Positions 13,825-22,024 of a stretch of 24,000 nucleotides of DNA are shown here, piece after piece. Source of the DNA: Synechococcus sp. PCC 6312 (GTDB lineage: Bacteria > Cyanobacteriota > Cyanobacteriia > Thermosynechococcales > Thermosynechococcaceae); contig NC_019680.1 of NCBI RefSeq assembly GCF_000316685.1, forward strand, positions 2,837,407-2,861,406. Reading direction: 5' to 3'. The notes under the pieces were generated by a model. It saw nothing but the letters and a program-made list of their open reading frames with translations. It was not told the origin of the DNA and did no database searches. Both the position numbers and the translations under genes were made by a program. Position 1 is the stretch's first letter. Each line of letters starts with the position of its first letter.

Positions 13825-13840
13825 TAGTTGTGATCTCACT

Positions 13841-13866
13841 GCGGCCTAGCTATAGGCCGCTTTTTT
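13841..13866 (+). terminator. Intrinsic terminator (plus strand)
   Basis: GCGGCCTA-GCTA-TAGGCCGC followed by T6. Confidence 0.85.
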
Positions 13867-13880
13867 GTGTAGGTGAACCT

Positions 13881-14627
13881 ATGCTTAAGACTCTATCCCT
13901 TTCACTTTTCTGGGTTTTTCTTCCATTGGTGGCATTAGCCCAACCGACTAAGTTTATGAATCCCACGACTAATCGGTCTGAGGTGAATATTACTGGATTC
14001 AGTCCAGGGCAGGAAGTGACTGTTGAGCTTCAGGGCGTAACCAAGACGGTTCGTGGTTCTTGTTCGGTTGGCAGTGACATTTACGCTTTACTTTCTAGCG
14101 ATGGGATTGGTGAGTTTCAGGAGCCTTTTAATGCCTATCTTGCGGCTACTGGCAATCAACCGGAGATTCGTCGTGGTGGTGTGAACCTTGGCAATCTGCT
14201 TGATGTTGAACCTATTTATAACGGTCGGTGTTCCTTTGTGAATGGGGCCAGGGTTTTGATGGGTGTTTATGGAACTGAGCGGATGACTGTTATTCCTCAG
14301 TCACAGATCAATGGTGTTGATCTACTGATGTTTACACCTGTTGACCAGAATGATAATCCGGTTCCTGGTAGTAAGCGGCAGCTTTGGGTTCGTGTACCGA
14401 ATTGGGAGCTAACTCCGATTCAAATTGTTGGTGGTTTTCTGGAGCGGAAGTACAAGGCGAATAACTGTGGCATTGTCCGATTTGCTGAAACAGCTACATC
14501 ACCTTTGCCTGAGACATTCAAGCTTGCTTCTACGGTGTATCAGGTTTCCAACTTATCCACTGCTTACCCGCCCAAGTGCTATAAGACGGGCGAGACTTCT
14601 TACACCCTGTTTGTTCCTGCTAACTGA
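13881..14627 (+). CDS. Secreted protein, paralog 4 (248 aa from ATG 13881)
   Basis: Signal peptide MLKTLSLSLFWVFLPLVALA|QP. The N- and C-terminal thirds are near-identical to paralog 3 and the centre is divergent. The track start at 13830 spans the terminator. Confidence 0.88.
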   Translation: MLKTLSLSLFWVFLPLVALAQPTKFMNPTTNRSEVNITGFSPGQEVTVELQGVTKTVRGSCSVGSDIYALLSSDGIGEFQEPFNAYLAATGNQPEIRRGGVNLGNLLDVEPIYNGRCSFVNGARVLMGVYGTERMTVIPQSQINGVDLLMFTPVDQNDNPVPGSKRQLWVRVPNWELTPIQIVGGFLERKYKANNCGIVRFAETATSPLPETFKLASTVYQVSNLSTAYPPKCYKTGETSYTLFVPAN

Positions 14628-14642
14628 TTCCTACTGTTATTG

Positions 14643-14667
14643 GGGAGGATTAAACCCTCCCTTTTTC
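14643..14667 (+). terminator. Intrinsic terminator (plus strand)
   Basis: GGGAGG-ATTAAAC-CCTCCC followed by T5. Confidence 0.75.
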
Positions 14668-14784
14668 TATGCGTTACTTTATCTTGCACATGGCGATTGG
14701 ATTTGTTCTAGGGGCATTGCCGTTGGGATTGTTAACGGGGTCACATATTCCAGACCCAGATATATTTTTCAAGGTTCAGAAGGA

Positions 14785-15144
14785 TTACAAACCATAGTAT
14801 TCAGGTTTTCGGTTGATAGCCTTATTTACTTCTTCTTCAAGCATCTGTGGGATCGAGAATTGCTTCTGTAAGCGAGTTCTAAGTCGTTTCAGCCGATTTC
14901 GTTGTTTTGCTTCTTCTGACCACTGGCGGGTTTTGATTGTTTCGTATGACCATGTTTGGCAATAGCCTGTGATGCCATTGTCTCGTAGTCTGTCAAGGAT
15001 TCTGTCAATTTTACTCTTAAGCTTTAATGTTGCTCTGTGCTGAGTGCTTCTGACATTAAGCAGTCGCCTTGGTAAGTTATTCGGCGGTTGGGTATAAGGG
15101 TTCATCCATGCAACGCCGTGATAGTAGATTATGTTTTTATTCAT
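14785..15144 (-). CDS. Hypothetical protein (119 aa from ATG 15144)
   Basis: ORF track (its start at 15150 is TTG; ATG lies two codons in). Basic, helical-looking C-terminal half. Confidence 0.65.
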   Translation of the reverse strand: MNKNIIYYHGVAWMNPYTQPPNNLPRRLLNVRSTQHRATLKLKSKIDRILDRLRDNGITGYCQTWSYETIKTRQWSEEAKQRNRLKRLRTRLQKQFSIPQMLEEEVNKAINRKPEYYGL

Positions 15145-15159
15145 CGTCAAGGATTTTCT

Positions 15160-15411
15160 TTAGTTGGTGCGGCCACTGGTAAGTTCCTTTGTGATTTGCA
15201 CTAATGTTCCGTCATCGTGGAGAAGATGAAACTCATCCTCCATGAAGGTTTTATAGACGGGGATACCTGTAGGGGCTAGGTAGAGTTGACCGTCTTGATC
15301 GTAAATATGGGCGGTTACTCCGCCACTCCAGACAGTGACGACAACACCAAACTCATACCTTTCTTGAGGTGGTTTTTTTAGCTTGATCTTGTTTCCTGGT
15401 CTTGCTTTCAT
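15160..15411 (-). CDS. Small hypothetical protein (83 aa)
   Basis: ORF track. GGAAG SD upstream. The junction-motif variant CCAAAGGAC (15439) lies upstream. Confidence 0.65.
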   Translation of the reverse strand: MKARPGNKIKLKKPPQERYEFGVVVTVWSGGVTAHIYDQDGQLYLAPTGIPVYKTFMEDEFHLLHDDGTLVQITKELTSGRTN

Positions 15412-15452
15412 TTGGCTTCCACGTTATTTACGCTGCCGCCAAAGGACTGCTT

Positions 15453-15665
15453 TTACCTAACGTTTTCTTGTGGAAAGTATCGTTTTAGAAGGGCAGCAAA
15501 TTCTTCTGTTTCTTCTTTATTTTTCACTTCGGCTTCTTTTGCCCTTTCCAATGCTTTTTCGAGTTTTTCTTGAATGATTCTGTGGTTTGGGTATCCATTC
15601 AGGACATTGATGATCAGGTTCATTTCTTTGGTGCTGAGTTGCACTTGATGAATAAGTCTGTCCAT
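15453..15665 (-). CDS. Small hypothetical helical protein (70 aa)
   Basis: ORF track (ATG at 15665). Confidence 0.6.
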   Translation of the reverse strand: MDRLIHQVQLSTKEMNLIINVLNGYPNHRIIQEKLEKALERAKEAEVKNKEETEEFAALLKRYFPQENVR

Positions 15666-15728
15666 CAATAAATCTCGAAGTGACTGATTATATAGTATTC
15701 CTTTTTCGATTGATTGGACTGTTCTATT

Positions 15729-15760
15729 GGGTGGGGTGCCGGGGCTTAAAAAGGGGCGGC
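15729..15760. repeat. Isolated M3-type repeat far from the left-hand array
   Basis: GGGTGGGGTGCCGGGGCTTAAAAAGGGGCGGC shares the 16-nt 5' core with all M3 copies. Confidence 0.75.
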
Positions 15761-15919
15761 TCCTTTATTTATTTCTAAGTTTCTGCAAAGCGTTTTCTGC
15801 TGCTGTTGTTGATAAGTAGGTTTTTACCAGTGACGTATCGGTTAAGATTGCTTCGGCTTCTTTCTCTGGCAAAGTGAGTAATGCTTGAGCTTTGGATCAA
15901 TACAGGTTGCCATGTTTTT

Positions 15920-16279
15920 TTACCTACCTTGCTCAAGGTCTTCGGAAACGATAGATGCAACCGACTCGGTGCTGAGTGTGACGGGTTGCTTTGATGCGTG
16001 GGTGTAGATGGAGTTGTACTCACCCTTTTCGCCTGAGTAATTCAAACATAGTTTATAGCCGTGTTTGGCCAGCTTGCTTTTGGCTAACTGGAACAGGATG
16101 GAACTAAGGGTATCCTTATTTAGCCAGAGGACTTCATGGCTGGTTGGATTTAAGAACCGCGTCCCGTAGTTGAGTCCTTTGTTTTTATCTCCACTCATGA
16201 CGGTGCAAATATGCTTGTATCCCTCAGCAATCAGACCTTTCCTTGCTTTCTCAAAGTTTTCACGGGTTGGTTGAATCAT
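15920..16279 (-). CDS. Hypothetical protein (119 aa)
   Basis: ORF track. The junction-motif variant CCGTAGGAC (16312) lies upstream. Confidence 0.7.
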   Translation of the reverse strand: MIQPTRENFEKARKGLIAEGYKHICTVMSGDKNKGLNYGTRFLNPTSHEVLWLNKDTLSSILFQLAKSKLAKHGYKLCLNYSGEKGEYNSIYTHASKQPVTLSTESVASIVSEDLEQGR

Positions 16280-16338
16280 GGATTTTTATCCTACTTTTTG
16301 GGGTTGTTATCCCGTAGGACTTTTGTTTGATCTGTTGT

Positions 16339-17583
16339 TTATAGTGCTTCTTCAGCCGGTCGCAGTTGAGCATCTGGGTTCAGTTGATTTTCACCAGTGG
16401 TAAGGATTTTGATTTGCTCTAAGTTTTTACGCATAGCGGCCCAGGCTTTGAAGGCATTGCTGGTGTATTGGTCGGCTTGGTTGACACGGCTGAGGTATTG
16501 ATCAGTTGACCCTGCGCCGTAGCGATAGGTAACTTCGTAGAGCTTGAGCCGTGTTTGCTCACGGCGAGCGAGTTCCTGGGTTGCTTGAAACTCTCGTTTG
16601 AACTGGTCGAAAGCAAGAACATCGAGCGTCACCTTATCTCGGATACGACCGGCCAGTTCTGCTCGGTTGCGTTGCAGTTCAGCGACTTTGATTTGGAGGT
16701 CGCCAATGGCGAGGCTGCGGGTAGCAGCGGCTTGTGAGCCACCAAATAAGTTAGTGATGAGTGGGATACCGATGAGGCTGAGAGCTTCCGCAATCCCTGT
16801 GCCGGTAAACAGACGGCCAATCTTATCGAAGGGCGATTCAGCGGTTGGCCCTGATGTGGTGACGGTTGTTTGTCGTCCGGTGAATGGGTCGGTGACGACC
16901 TGGGTGGTACCGAGTCTGGCACTTGGCCCAGCATCAAAGCTGAGATAACTCTGAAGTGCAGGGGTAAAGACCTCTAAGTTAACGAGCTTCTGGTTATTGC
17001 TCTGTGCTTCTTGGATGCGAGTATTGGCTTCTTCAATCCGGGCATCTACTTCCTTCAGGATTGGAGAGCGAGCAATCGCTAACTCTTGCAGCCGCTTTAC
17101 ACATTCCTGGGTACTGTCCAGGCAAGGAAGGCCGCCGAGTATGCCCTGCCATAGGTCGTTATTGAACTGAAACCGAAGCACTTCCTCCATGCTGGCAGCG
17201 GTTTGTCCGCCCTGAAATGGATTTTCAGGCAGTCGTGGCGCAGCGACTGGCGTTCTGGCTGGTATGGTTCCGCCACTTGGCATGGTTGTTGTACTTGGCC
17301 TCACACCACTTGGGACGGGAATGTTAACCGGCCGTGTGCTTGGTTGGGCTGGTCTGGTTGTTGACCCTGGACTGGTTGGGGTGGGGGGTGGGGATTCTGG
17401 CTCATCAAGGGTGGGTGGTGCGACTTCGCCACCACCGCCATCATCATCGGTTGTGATGACTGCTGGTTCTTCAGCTTCAGCGGGTTGGCTATTGGGCTGT
17501 GCCTTGGATGTCAAGGGTAAGCTCAACACGAATGTTAGTATCAGACTGCTCAAGCCAACGGATACGAGTGACTTTACCTGCAT
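16339..17583 (-). CDS. Secreted TolC/OEP-like coiled-coil protein with a Pro/Thr-rich linker (414 aa from ATG 17583)
   Basis: Signal peptide MQVKSLVSVGLSSLILTFVLSLPLTSKA|QP. Two OEP-like helical repeats (…ARSPILKEVDARIEEANTRIQEAQ… and …GAGSTDQYLSRVNQADQYTSNAFKAW…). The family assignment is by eye and tentative. Confidence 0.7.
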   Translation of the reverse strand: MQVKSLVSVGLSSLILTFVLSLPLTSKAQPNSQPAEAEEPAVITTDDDGGGGEVAPPTLDEPESPPPTPTSPGSTTRPAQPSTRPVNIPVPSGVRPSTTTMPSGGTIPARTPVAAPRLPENPFQGGQTAASMEEVLRFQFNNDLWQGILGGLPCLDSTQECVKRLQELAIARSPILKEVDARIEEANTRIQEAQSNNQKLVNLEVFTPALQSYLSFDAGPSARLGTTQVVTDPFTGRQTTVTTSGPTAESPFDKIGRLFTGTGIAEALSLIGIPLITNLFGGSQAAATRSLAIGDLQIKVAELQRNRAELAGRIRDKVTLDVLAFDQFKREFQATQELARREQTRLKLYEVTYRYGAGSTDQYLSRVNQADQYTSNAFKAWAAMRKNLEQIKILTTGENQLNPDAQLRPAEEAL

Positions 17584-18439
17584 AGGGACTCCTGACAGTG
17601 GATAGGGATTGTAATTGACTTTCGATCTGGTCTTTCTGGGTTTGCAGTTGGGCAAGTTGGAACGTCTGTTCCTGAACCGCACGGTCTGCATCTATTTGGG
17701 ATTGTTGGGATTGGGCTTGGAGCTTGGCCAGTTCTAACTGGTGCTGGTACTCGGTGTATTGGCGTTGCTGTTGCGCTCTGACTAACTTAGCGTTGGCCAT
17801 ACTGACCGCAGCGACTTTGTTGTTGACCATTTCCTTGGCAATTTCGACCTGTCGCTGCTCATGCTCTAAGACTGGTGGTGGAACTTCGCCTCCCATTGTT
17901 TGTAGAACGCCCATTTTCCGTTGTTGCTGGTTAAGAGCTTCCTGGGCTTGGTTTAGTTCGAGTTGCGCTCTTTGAACATCTGCTTGCTCTGATAGGTAGT
18001 CGGGGGATGGTAGTTGCCGGATTGTCATGGGTTGGGGTCGGTTTACCTGTCGGGCTTGCATCCGGTTAATTTGGACGGCCAGTTGCTGCTTCCGGTAGGT
18101 GAGTACCTCCTTGGCCTTGGCCCGATCAGCGAGGATTTGATTTCGTTGGATCGTGTCGCCCTGCCGCACCTTGAGGTCGCTTGGGTCAGTGATGGAGAGT
18201 TGGATTTTGAACCGCTTTGGGTTCTCGGTTCGTGTTCCCTGTGGTTCCGTTCCTGGGTCTATTGGTTCCGTTGTGTCTGTCGGGGGTTCGTCCATATCTT
18301 CATCTGCTGATTGAGCGATGGAGATATTAGGGATGATGATCGTATGGCTCATCACGAATAGGGTGGCCGAGATTGCACCGATGGCAACTAAGCCATTCAC
18401 AATTTGACCGAGGGTAATTTTGGCAATGAACTTTAGCAT
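17489..18439 (-). CDS. HlyD-like membrane-fusion / periplasmic adaptor protein (316 aa)
   Basis: N-terminal TM segment. Lipoyl-like half-motifs LKVRQGDTIQRNQILA and SPYAGKVTRI flank a long Gln-rich coiled coil. Confidence 0.8.
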   Translation of the reverse strand: MLKFIAKITLGQIVNGLVAIGAISATLFVMSHTIIIPNISIAQSADEDMDEPPTDTTEPIDPGTEPQGTRTENPKRFKIQLSITDPSDLKVRQGDTIQRNQILADRAKAKEVLTYRKQQLAVQINRMQARQVNRPQPMTIRQLPSPDYLSEQADVQRAQLELNQAQEALNQQQRKMGVLQTMGGEVPPPVLEHEQRQVEIAKEMVNNKVAAVSMANAKLVRAQQQRQYTEYQHQLELAKLQAQSQQSQIDADRAVQEQTFQLAQLQTQKDQIESQLQSLSTVRSPYAGKVTRIRWLEQSDTNIRVELTLDIQGTAQ

Positions 18440-18442
18440 GGT

Positions 18443-19570
18443 TTACTCTGCCAATGGTAAGAGAGTGGGTTCGATTGGGATAACGTCATGGGAATGTTGC
18501 TCTGCCCGTTGGTAGTAAGGAATAATGTCGGTCTGTTTCGCATCATTCCCAAAGCGGACAAGGGCTTGCAGGGGCTTGAGGGCTGAGACTCTCGTAGCGG
18601 CAAAGCGAAACTTTTTGGCTACCTTCTCAACCTCGACCTGATCCACAGGCAAGACAATCTTGGTGGCTGTATTACTGAGAACGTCTGGGCTAAGGTGACG
18701 CTCCGACTGACTAGCTACGACAAGATTCAGGCCGTACTTACGCCCGTCACAGACAATCCGATCCAGGGCAGGAGACTTACTGAGTTCCTTGGCTTCATCA
18801 ATGAAGATGAATGTTCTAGGGGTAGCAGCTTCACCATAGAGGCGATGGTTATCCATCAGTTGCTTGGCCAGACTTTCGGCGGCAATCGCCCCGATTTCTG
18901 GGGGTAGTTTCTGCATATCTACCCGAATGAGTGGATGGTTAAATGGCATATTAGTCCGATTGAAAATGCCATAAGTGAAGGTAGCCGCTAACTTTAGCTT
19001 CAGCTTCTGCGACTCTTTGCAACCATCCCTGCAGCGTTGCTCCAGTTCGTTTTGGACATGGCTGAAGTTGGGTGGTTCATTCCGCCAGGTTTCGACACTT
19101 TTGATTCCGAATCGGGCATAGAGTTCCCCTAGAACATCAAGGATTAGACCTTCCTGGTTTGGGCCAATCTGTAGGTTACGTTTCAGGATTTGACCGACCG
19201 TAATAGCTTGGATTTTAGGGCCGCCGCCTTCCGGGTCAAGGTTGAGCATCAGTGGGTTAATGCCGTACTCACTGTTGGCATGGAGCGGGATATGTTTCTC
19301 ATGGGGTAGGTACTGGTCGCCATGAAAATCAACAATGATGATTTGGCATTCTTGCTTTTTGAAAAGCTCCCAAGCGATTGCTTTGAGCGTCTGCGTTTTG
19401 CCACTGCCACTGGCTCCAATAATTGCAACATGGCCATTGGGTAAGTCGTTGTAGTTCCAGTGGGTGTTTGTACCCAAATGGATGCCATTGCTATTGAGGG
19501 TTGTCACTGATGATGTTGACGTTTTTTGAAAGGGGACTAAGCGTGGGCTTGGCAAAGTACGGGGGGGCAT
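18443..19570 (-). CDS. HerA/FtsK-superfamily (DUF87-like) P-loop ATPase (375 aa)
   Basis: Walker A GASGSGKT. Walker B FIFIDEAKEL. …GRKYGLNLVVASQ… is typical of HerA/DUF87 ATPases. No TM segment. Confidence 0.85.
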   Translation of the reverse strand: MPPRTLPSPRLVPFQKTSTSSVTTLNSNGIHLGTNTHWNYNDLPNGHVAIIGASGSGKTQTLKAIAWELFKKQECQIIIVDFHGDQYLPHEKHIPLHANSEYGINPLMLNLDPEGGGPKIQAITVGQILKRNLQIGPNQEGLILDVLGELYARFGIKSVETWRNEPPNFSHVQNELEQRCRDGCKESQKLKLKLAATFTYGIFNRTNMPFNHPLIRVDMQKLPPEIGAIAAESLAKQLMDNHRLYGEAATPRTFIFIDEAKELSKSPALDRIVCDGRKYGLNLVVASQSERHLSPDVLSNTATKIVLPVDQVEVEKVAKKFRFAATRVSALKPLQALVRFGNDAKQTDIIPYYQRAEQHSHDVIPIEPTLLPLAE

Positions 19571-19572
19571 GG

Positions 19573-20610
19573 TTACTCCTTGGGAACAACAGTACGGATG
19601 AGAATATTGCCAGTTACATCTGCACTGATGTTGGCCACATCTTGCGGTCTAGCAGATTTCAATCTGAGGATGCCTGTGTTATCCCTGGTGGGTTGAAACG
19701 TGACCGGATTATATCGGTCGATCAACGGGATTAAGTTTAGGCTCTCGCTATCGGCGACTGCAACCGTCCCGGTCAGGTAAGTCCGTTTTGGATACTGGTC
19801 TAAGTTGAGGTCTGAGATAGGTTGTTCTTCCAGTTGAACTTGTTTGCTTTCACTGGTCACGGCTGGGCCACGTTGGAGCCGGATACTGCCGATTTTGATT
19901 TGGGCGTTTTGAGACCGTCCGGCTCGGTAAAGGATACCGCCCTCACTTTGTACCAGTAGGTCGCTACCCGTTAGAGCTTGGACAACTTCAAACTTGTCTC
20001 TGATATTTTGCTGAGTAGCTTCATCCTTCCCAGAAATTTCGACATAGAGGATATTGTTCTGTCCTTTGGAGTTGACTTCTTCGATCACGCCTTCCGGTAG
20101 TCCGAGGAACTGGTTAAAGGCCATGACGATACCGCCTTGGGAGTTGATGTTGAGGATCAGTATCCCGATGGACAAGATAAAGGCAAAGACAAATGCTTCG
20201 GCAACTGAGTTTGTTCCCAGGCGTAAGTGCGGGTTGCCTGGGATCACCAGTCTGGCTTGACTGGGATAGAAGGCGGCCACTCCAGTCTTAGTGAAGACAT
20301 CACCAAACCAGCCCATGAAGTATCCAATCATTAAGGCTGCATAGACTGTGCCGTTGATCAGAAGGACGGGGCTAAGGATGACGGCCACGATTGCGGTTGC
20401 GATAAAGCTATGAGTGACAGAGCGATGCGGGAACTGACGTTCTAAGGTCATGCTGATTGGGAACAAGATGCGACCTGTCAATGATTTACTGGTATCCACA
20501 TCAGGGAGTTGTGAAGCGACTGCTGCCGTTAACAGGATGATTGGGTTACTACTTCCCAATATCCCTGCGACTGATGTGGCAGCGAGTACGGCGTGAGTGA
20601 TGGACTTCAT
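19573..20610 (-). CDS. Membrane protein: N-terminal DUF457/YdjM-like metal-dependent hydrolase domain fused to an unknown beta-rich C-terminal domain (345 aa)
   Basis: …THAVLA…QLPDVD…RSVTHS…WFGDVFTKTG… with 4-5 hydrophobic segments. The last roughly 170 aa have no recognisable family. Confidence 0.75.
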   Translation of the reverse strand: MKSITHAVLAATSVAGILGSSNPIILLTAAVASQLPDVDTSKSLTGRILFPISMTLERQFPHRSVTHSFIATAIVAVILSPVLLINGTVYAALMIGYFMGWFGDVFTKTGVAAFYPSQARLVIPGNPHLRLGTNSVAEAFVFAFILSIGILILNINSQGGIVMAFNQFLGLPEGVIEEVNSKGQNNILYVEISGKDEATQQNIRDKFEVVQALTGSDLLVQSEGGILYRAGRSQNAQIKIGSIRLQRGPAVTSESKQVQLEEQPISDLNLDQYPKRTYLTGTVAVADSESLNLIPLIDRYNPVTFQPTRDNTGILRLKSARPQDVANISADVTGNILIRTVVPKE

Positions 20611-20837
20611 GACTCTGGTTCCATCTCCACGCAGATTAAGGTGGTGTAGCCTTCGTTTTTTCCATCAAACGACACAATGCCTTGGCCAGACATTTGCTCT
20701 ATGAGGGCATTCATCACGCCTTCGGCCACTGCCATTCGGTTTTTGAGGGGATCAGACGAGCCAACGGTGACAGTGAGTTTGACCGTTTCTACCGTTTCGA
20801 TGGTCGTTCCGGGTTTGTATTTGAGCATGAGGGTCAT
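20607..20837 (-). CDS. Small hypothetical protein (76 aa)
   Basis: ORF track. 4-nt overlaps with both neighbours. Confidence 0.65.
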   Translation of the reverse strand: MTLMLKYKPGTTIETVETVKLTVTVGSSDPLKNRMAVAEGVMNALIEQMSGQGIVSFDGKNEGYTTLICVEMEPES

Positions 20838-21061
20838 AGCACTTCTCCTAGATTCATGTCCCGGTAGGACTTATCGACAATCTTGGCGTTCCAGTTTTTG
20901 GTCTTGGCTTCTAGTTCTATCTCCCAAACTTTGAGGTAGGGGCGCGACAGCAGGGGCGCATTACCGCGTATTCGATAATATTTTTCAAGCAGTGTTTTGG
21001 TCAGTAGTTGTTTGTAAGACTCTGGTAGGTTGCTTCCTTGGCAGAACAGCACTGTTTCCAT
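20834..21061 (-). CDS. Small hypothetical protein (75 aa)
   Basis: ORF track. 4-nt overlap with the downstream gene. Confidence 0.65.
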   Translation of the reverse strand: METVLFCQGSNLPESYKQLLTKTLLEKYYRIRGNAPLLSRPYLKVWEIELEAKTKNWNAKIVDKSYRDMNLGEVL

Positions 21062-21064
21062 GAT

Positions 21065-22024
21065 TCATCGCCCCAAGTGTCTTGATTTTCTTGGCATAGC
21101 GGTCACAAGCAGTCTCACGACACCGACTGTAACGGTGAGGATGCCGCCCATGAGGTAAAGGCTGGTGCTATTAAAGCCAAGGCCGATGAAGCGGACAATG
21201 ACAAAGCACAGCATGACAGCTATCAGGAATGGAGTCCCGTCTATCCATTGCGTATGGTCGGGCGATAGGTCATCCAGACCGAGATATTCTTCCTTGACGA
21301 CTCGCTTGGCCAACATCGGATTACCGCCACATCGTTCTTGAAGTTCAGCGACCTTGGCAGGGTCTAAGTCAATGCCAAGGTCTTGGGCGGTTTCATACAT
21401 GATTTGCCGAATCCACTTATTTTCGAGCGGTGGCAGTTCGATTCGGGGTAGCCGAATGAAAATGTCTTTGGGCGGCGGGTGGGTGGCGAACAGGAGGATA
21501 TGCTGATTCTTCTTGTGTAACCGTTCAAGCCAGTACCGGAATGTGGCGGCTATTTTATGAGCGTCATCAAAGATGAGGAAGGCCAGGTTATCTTGCAACC
21601 ACTGAAGAACGGCATCCTGTAGTTCTTGGATGTTCATCCGTTTCCCTTCCAAGTTGTAGGTATCTATCCCGAGCGTTTCAGCGATTTCCATCATGTTGAC
21701 CCTGACGGTATTGGGGGTAATGAGGCAACAACGGAAGCCTTCATCGGTTAATTGCTTGTGGACACTTTCGGCTAGGTAGCTCTTTCCGACTCCAACTTCG
21801 CTGACGACCAGGAGGCTGCTGTCTGCTTTTAGTGACGCAACGATGTGATCGAAAATTGATCGTCTATACAGACGGCTAGGAAGGGATTCTTCTGATGTGA
21901 TATTTACGGCTCCAAGTGACTCGGACTCGCCCGTTACTTGGTCAACGGCGTAGGTATAGAGTCGCCTGGTACCGTCTTTGAGGTTTTTAATGTGTCGTCT
22001 GATAGATTTTGCCACTGCTAACAA
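21065..22024 (-). CDS. AAA+/P-loop ATPase with two C-terminal TM helices (319 aa; TTG start per track)
   Basis: Walker A SEVGVGKS. Walker B FLIFDDAHK. C-terminal hydrophobic FLIAVMLCFVIVRFIGLGF and LMGGILTVTVGVVRLLV. Confidence 0.8.
   Translation of the reverse strand: MLAVAKSIRRHIKNLKDGTRRLYTYAVDQVTGESESLGAVNITSEESLPSRLYRRSIFDHIVASLKADSSLLVVSEVGVGKSYLAESVHKQLTDEGFRCCLITPNTVRVNMMEIAETLGIDTYNLEGKRMNIQELQDAVLQWLQDNLAFLIFDDAHKIAATFRYWLERLHKKNQHILLFATHPPPKDIFIRLPRIELPPLENKWIRQIMYETAQDLGIDLDPAKVAELQERCGGNPMLAKRVVKEEYLGLDDLSPDHTQWIDGTPFLIAVMLCFVIVRFIGLGFNSTSLYLMGGILTVTVGVVRLLVTAMPRKSRHLGR

Noticed and set aside
14425-14871. 148-aa plus-strand ORF
   Set aside because: It overlaps the 3' end of paralog 4 out of frame, crosses that gene's terminator, and overlaps the convergent 14785-15144 gene.
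15775-16023. 82-aa minus-strand ORF. Separately, a protein-like frame (…EKEAEAILTDTSLVKTYLSTTAAENALQKLRNK*) lies at about 15770-15880
   Set aside because: The 82-aa ORF overlaps the 15920-16279 gene out of frame and is Ser/Thr/Pro-rich. The other frame has no ATG/GTG start (only an internal TTG). It might be a decayed gene tail, but this is not supportable.
16555-18310. Multiple plus-strand ORFs (16555-16737, 16598-16948, 17264-17605, 17724-17975, 18014-18310) and the minus-strand ORFs 16419-16622 and 16629-16937
   Set aside because: They are shadow ORFs, antisense or out of frame, within the TolC-like and HlyD-like genes. Their composition is low-complexity.
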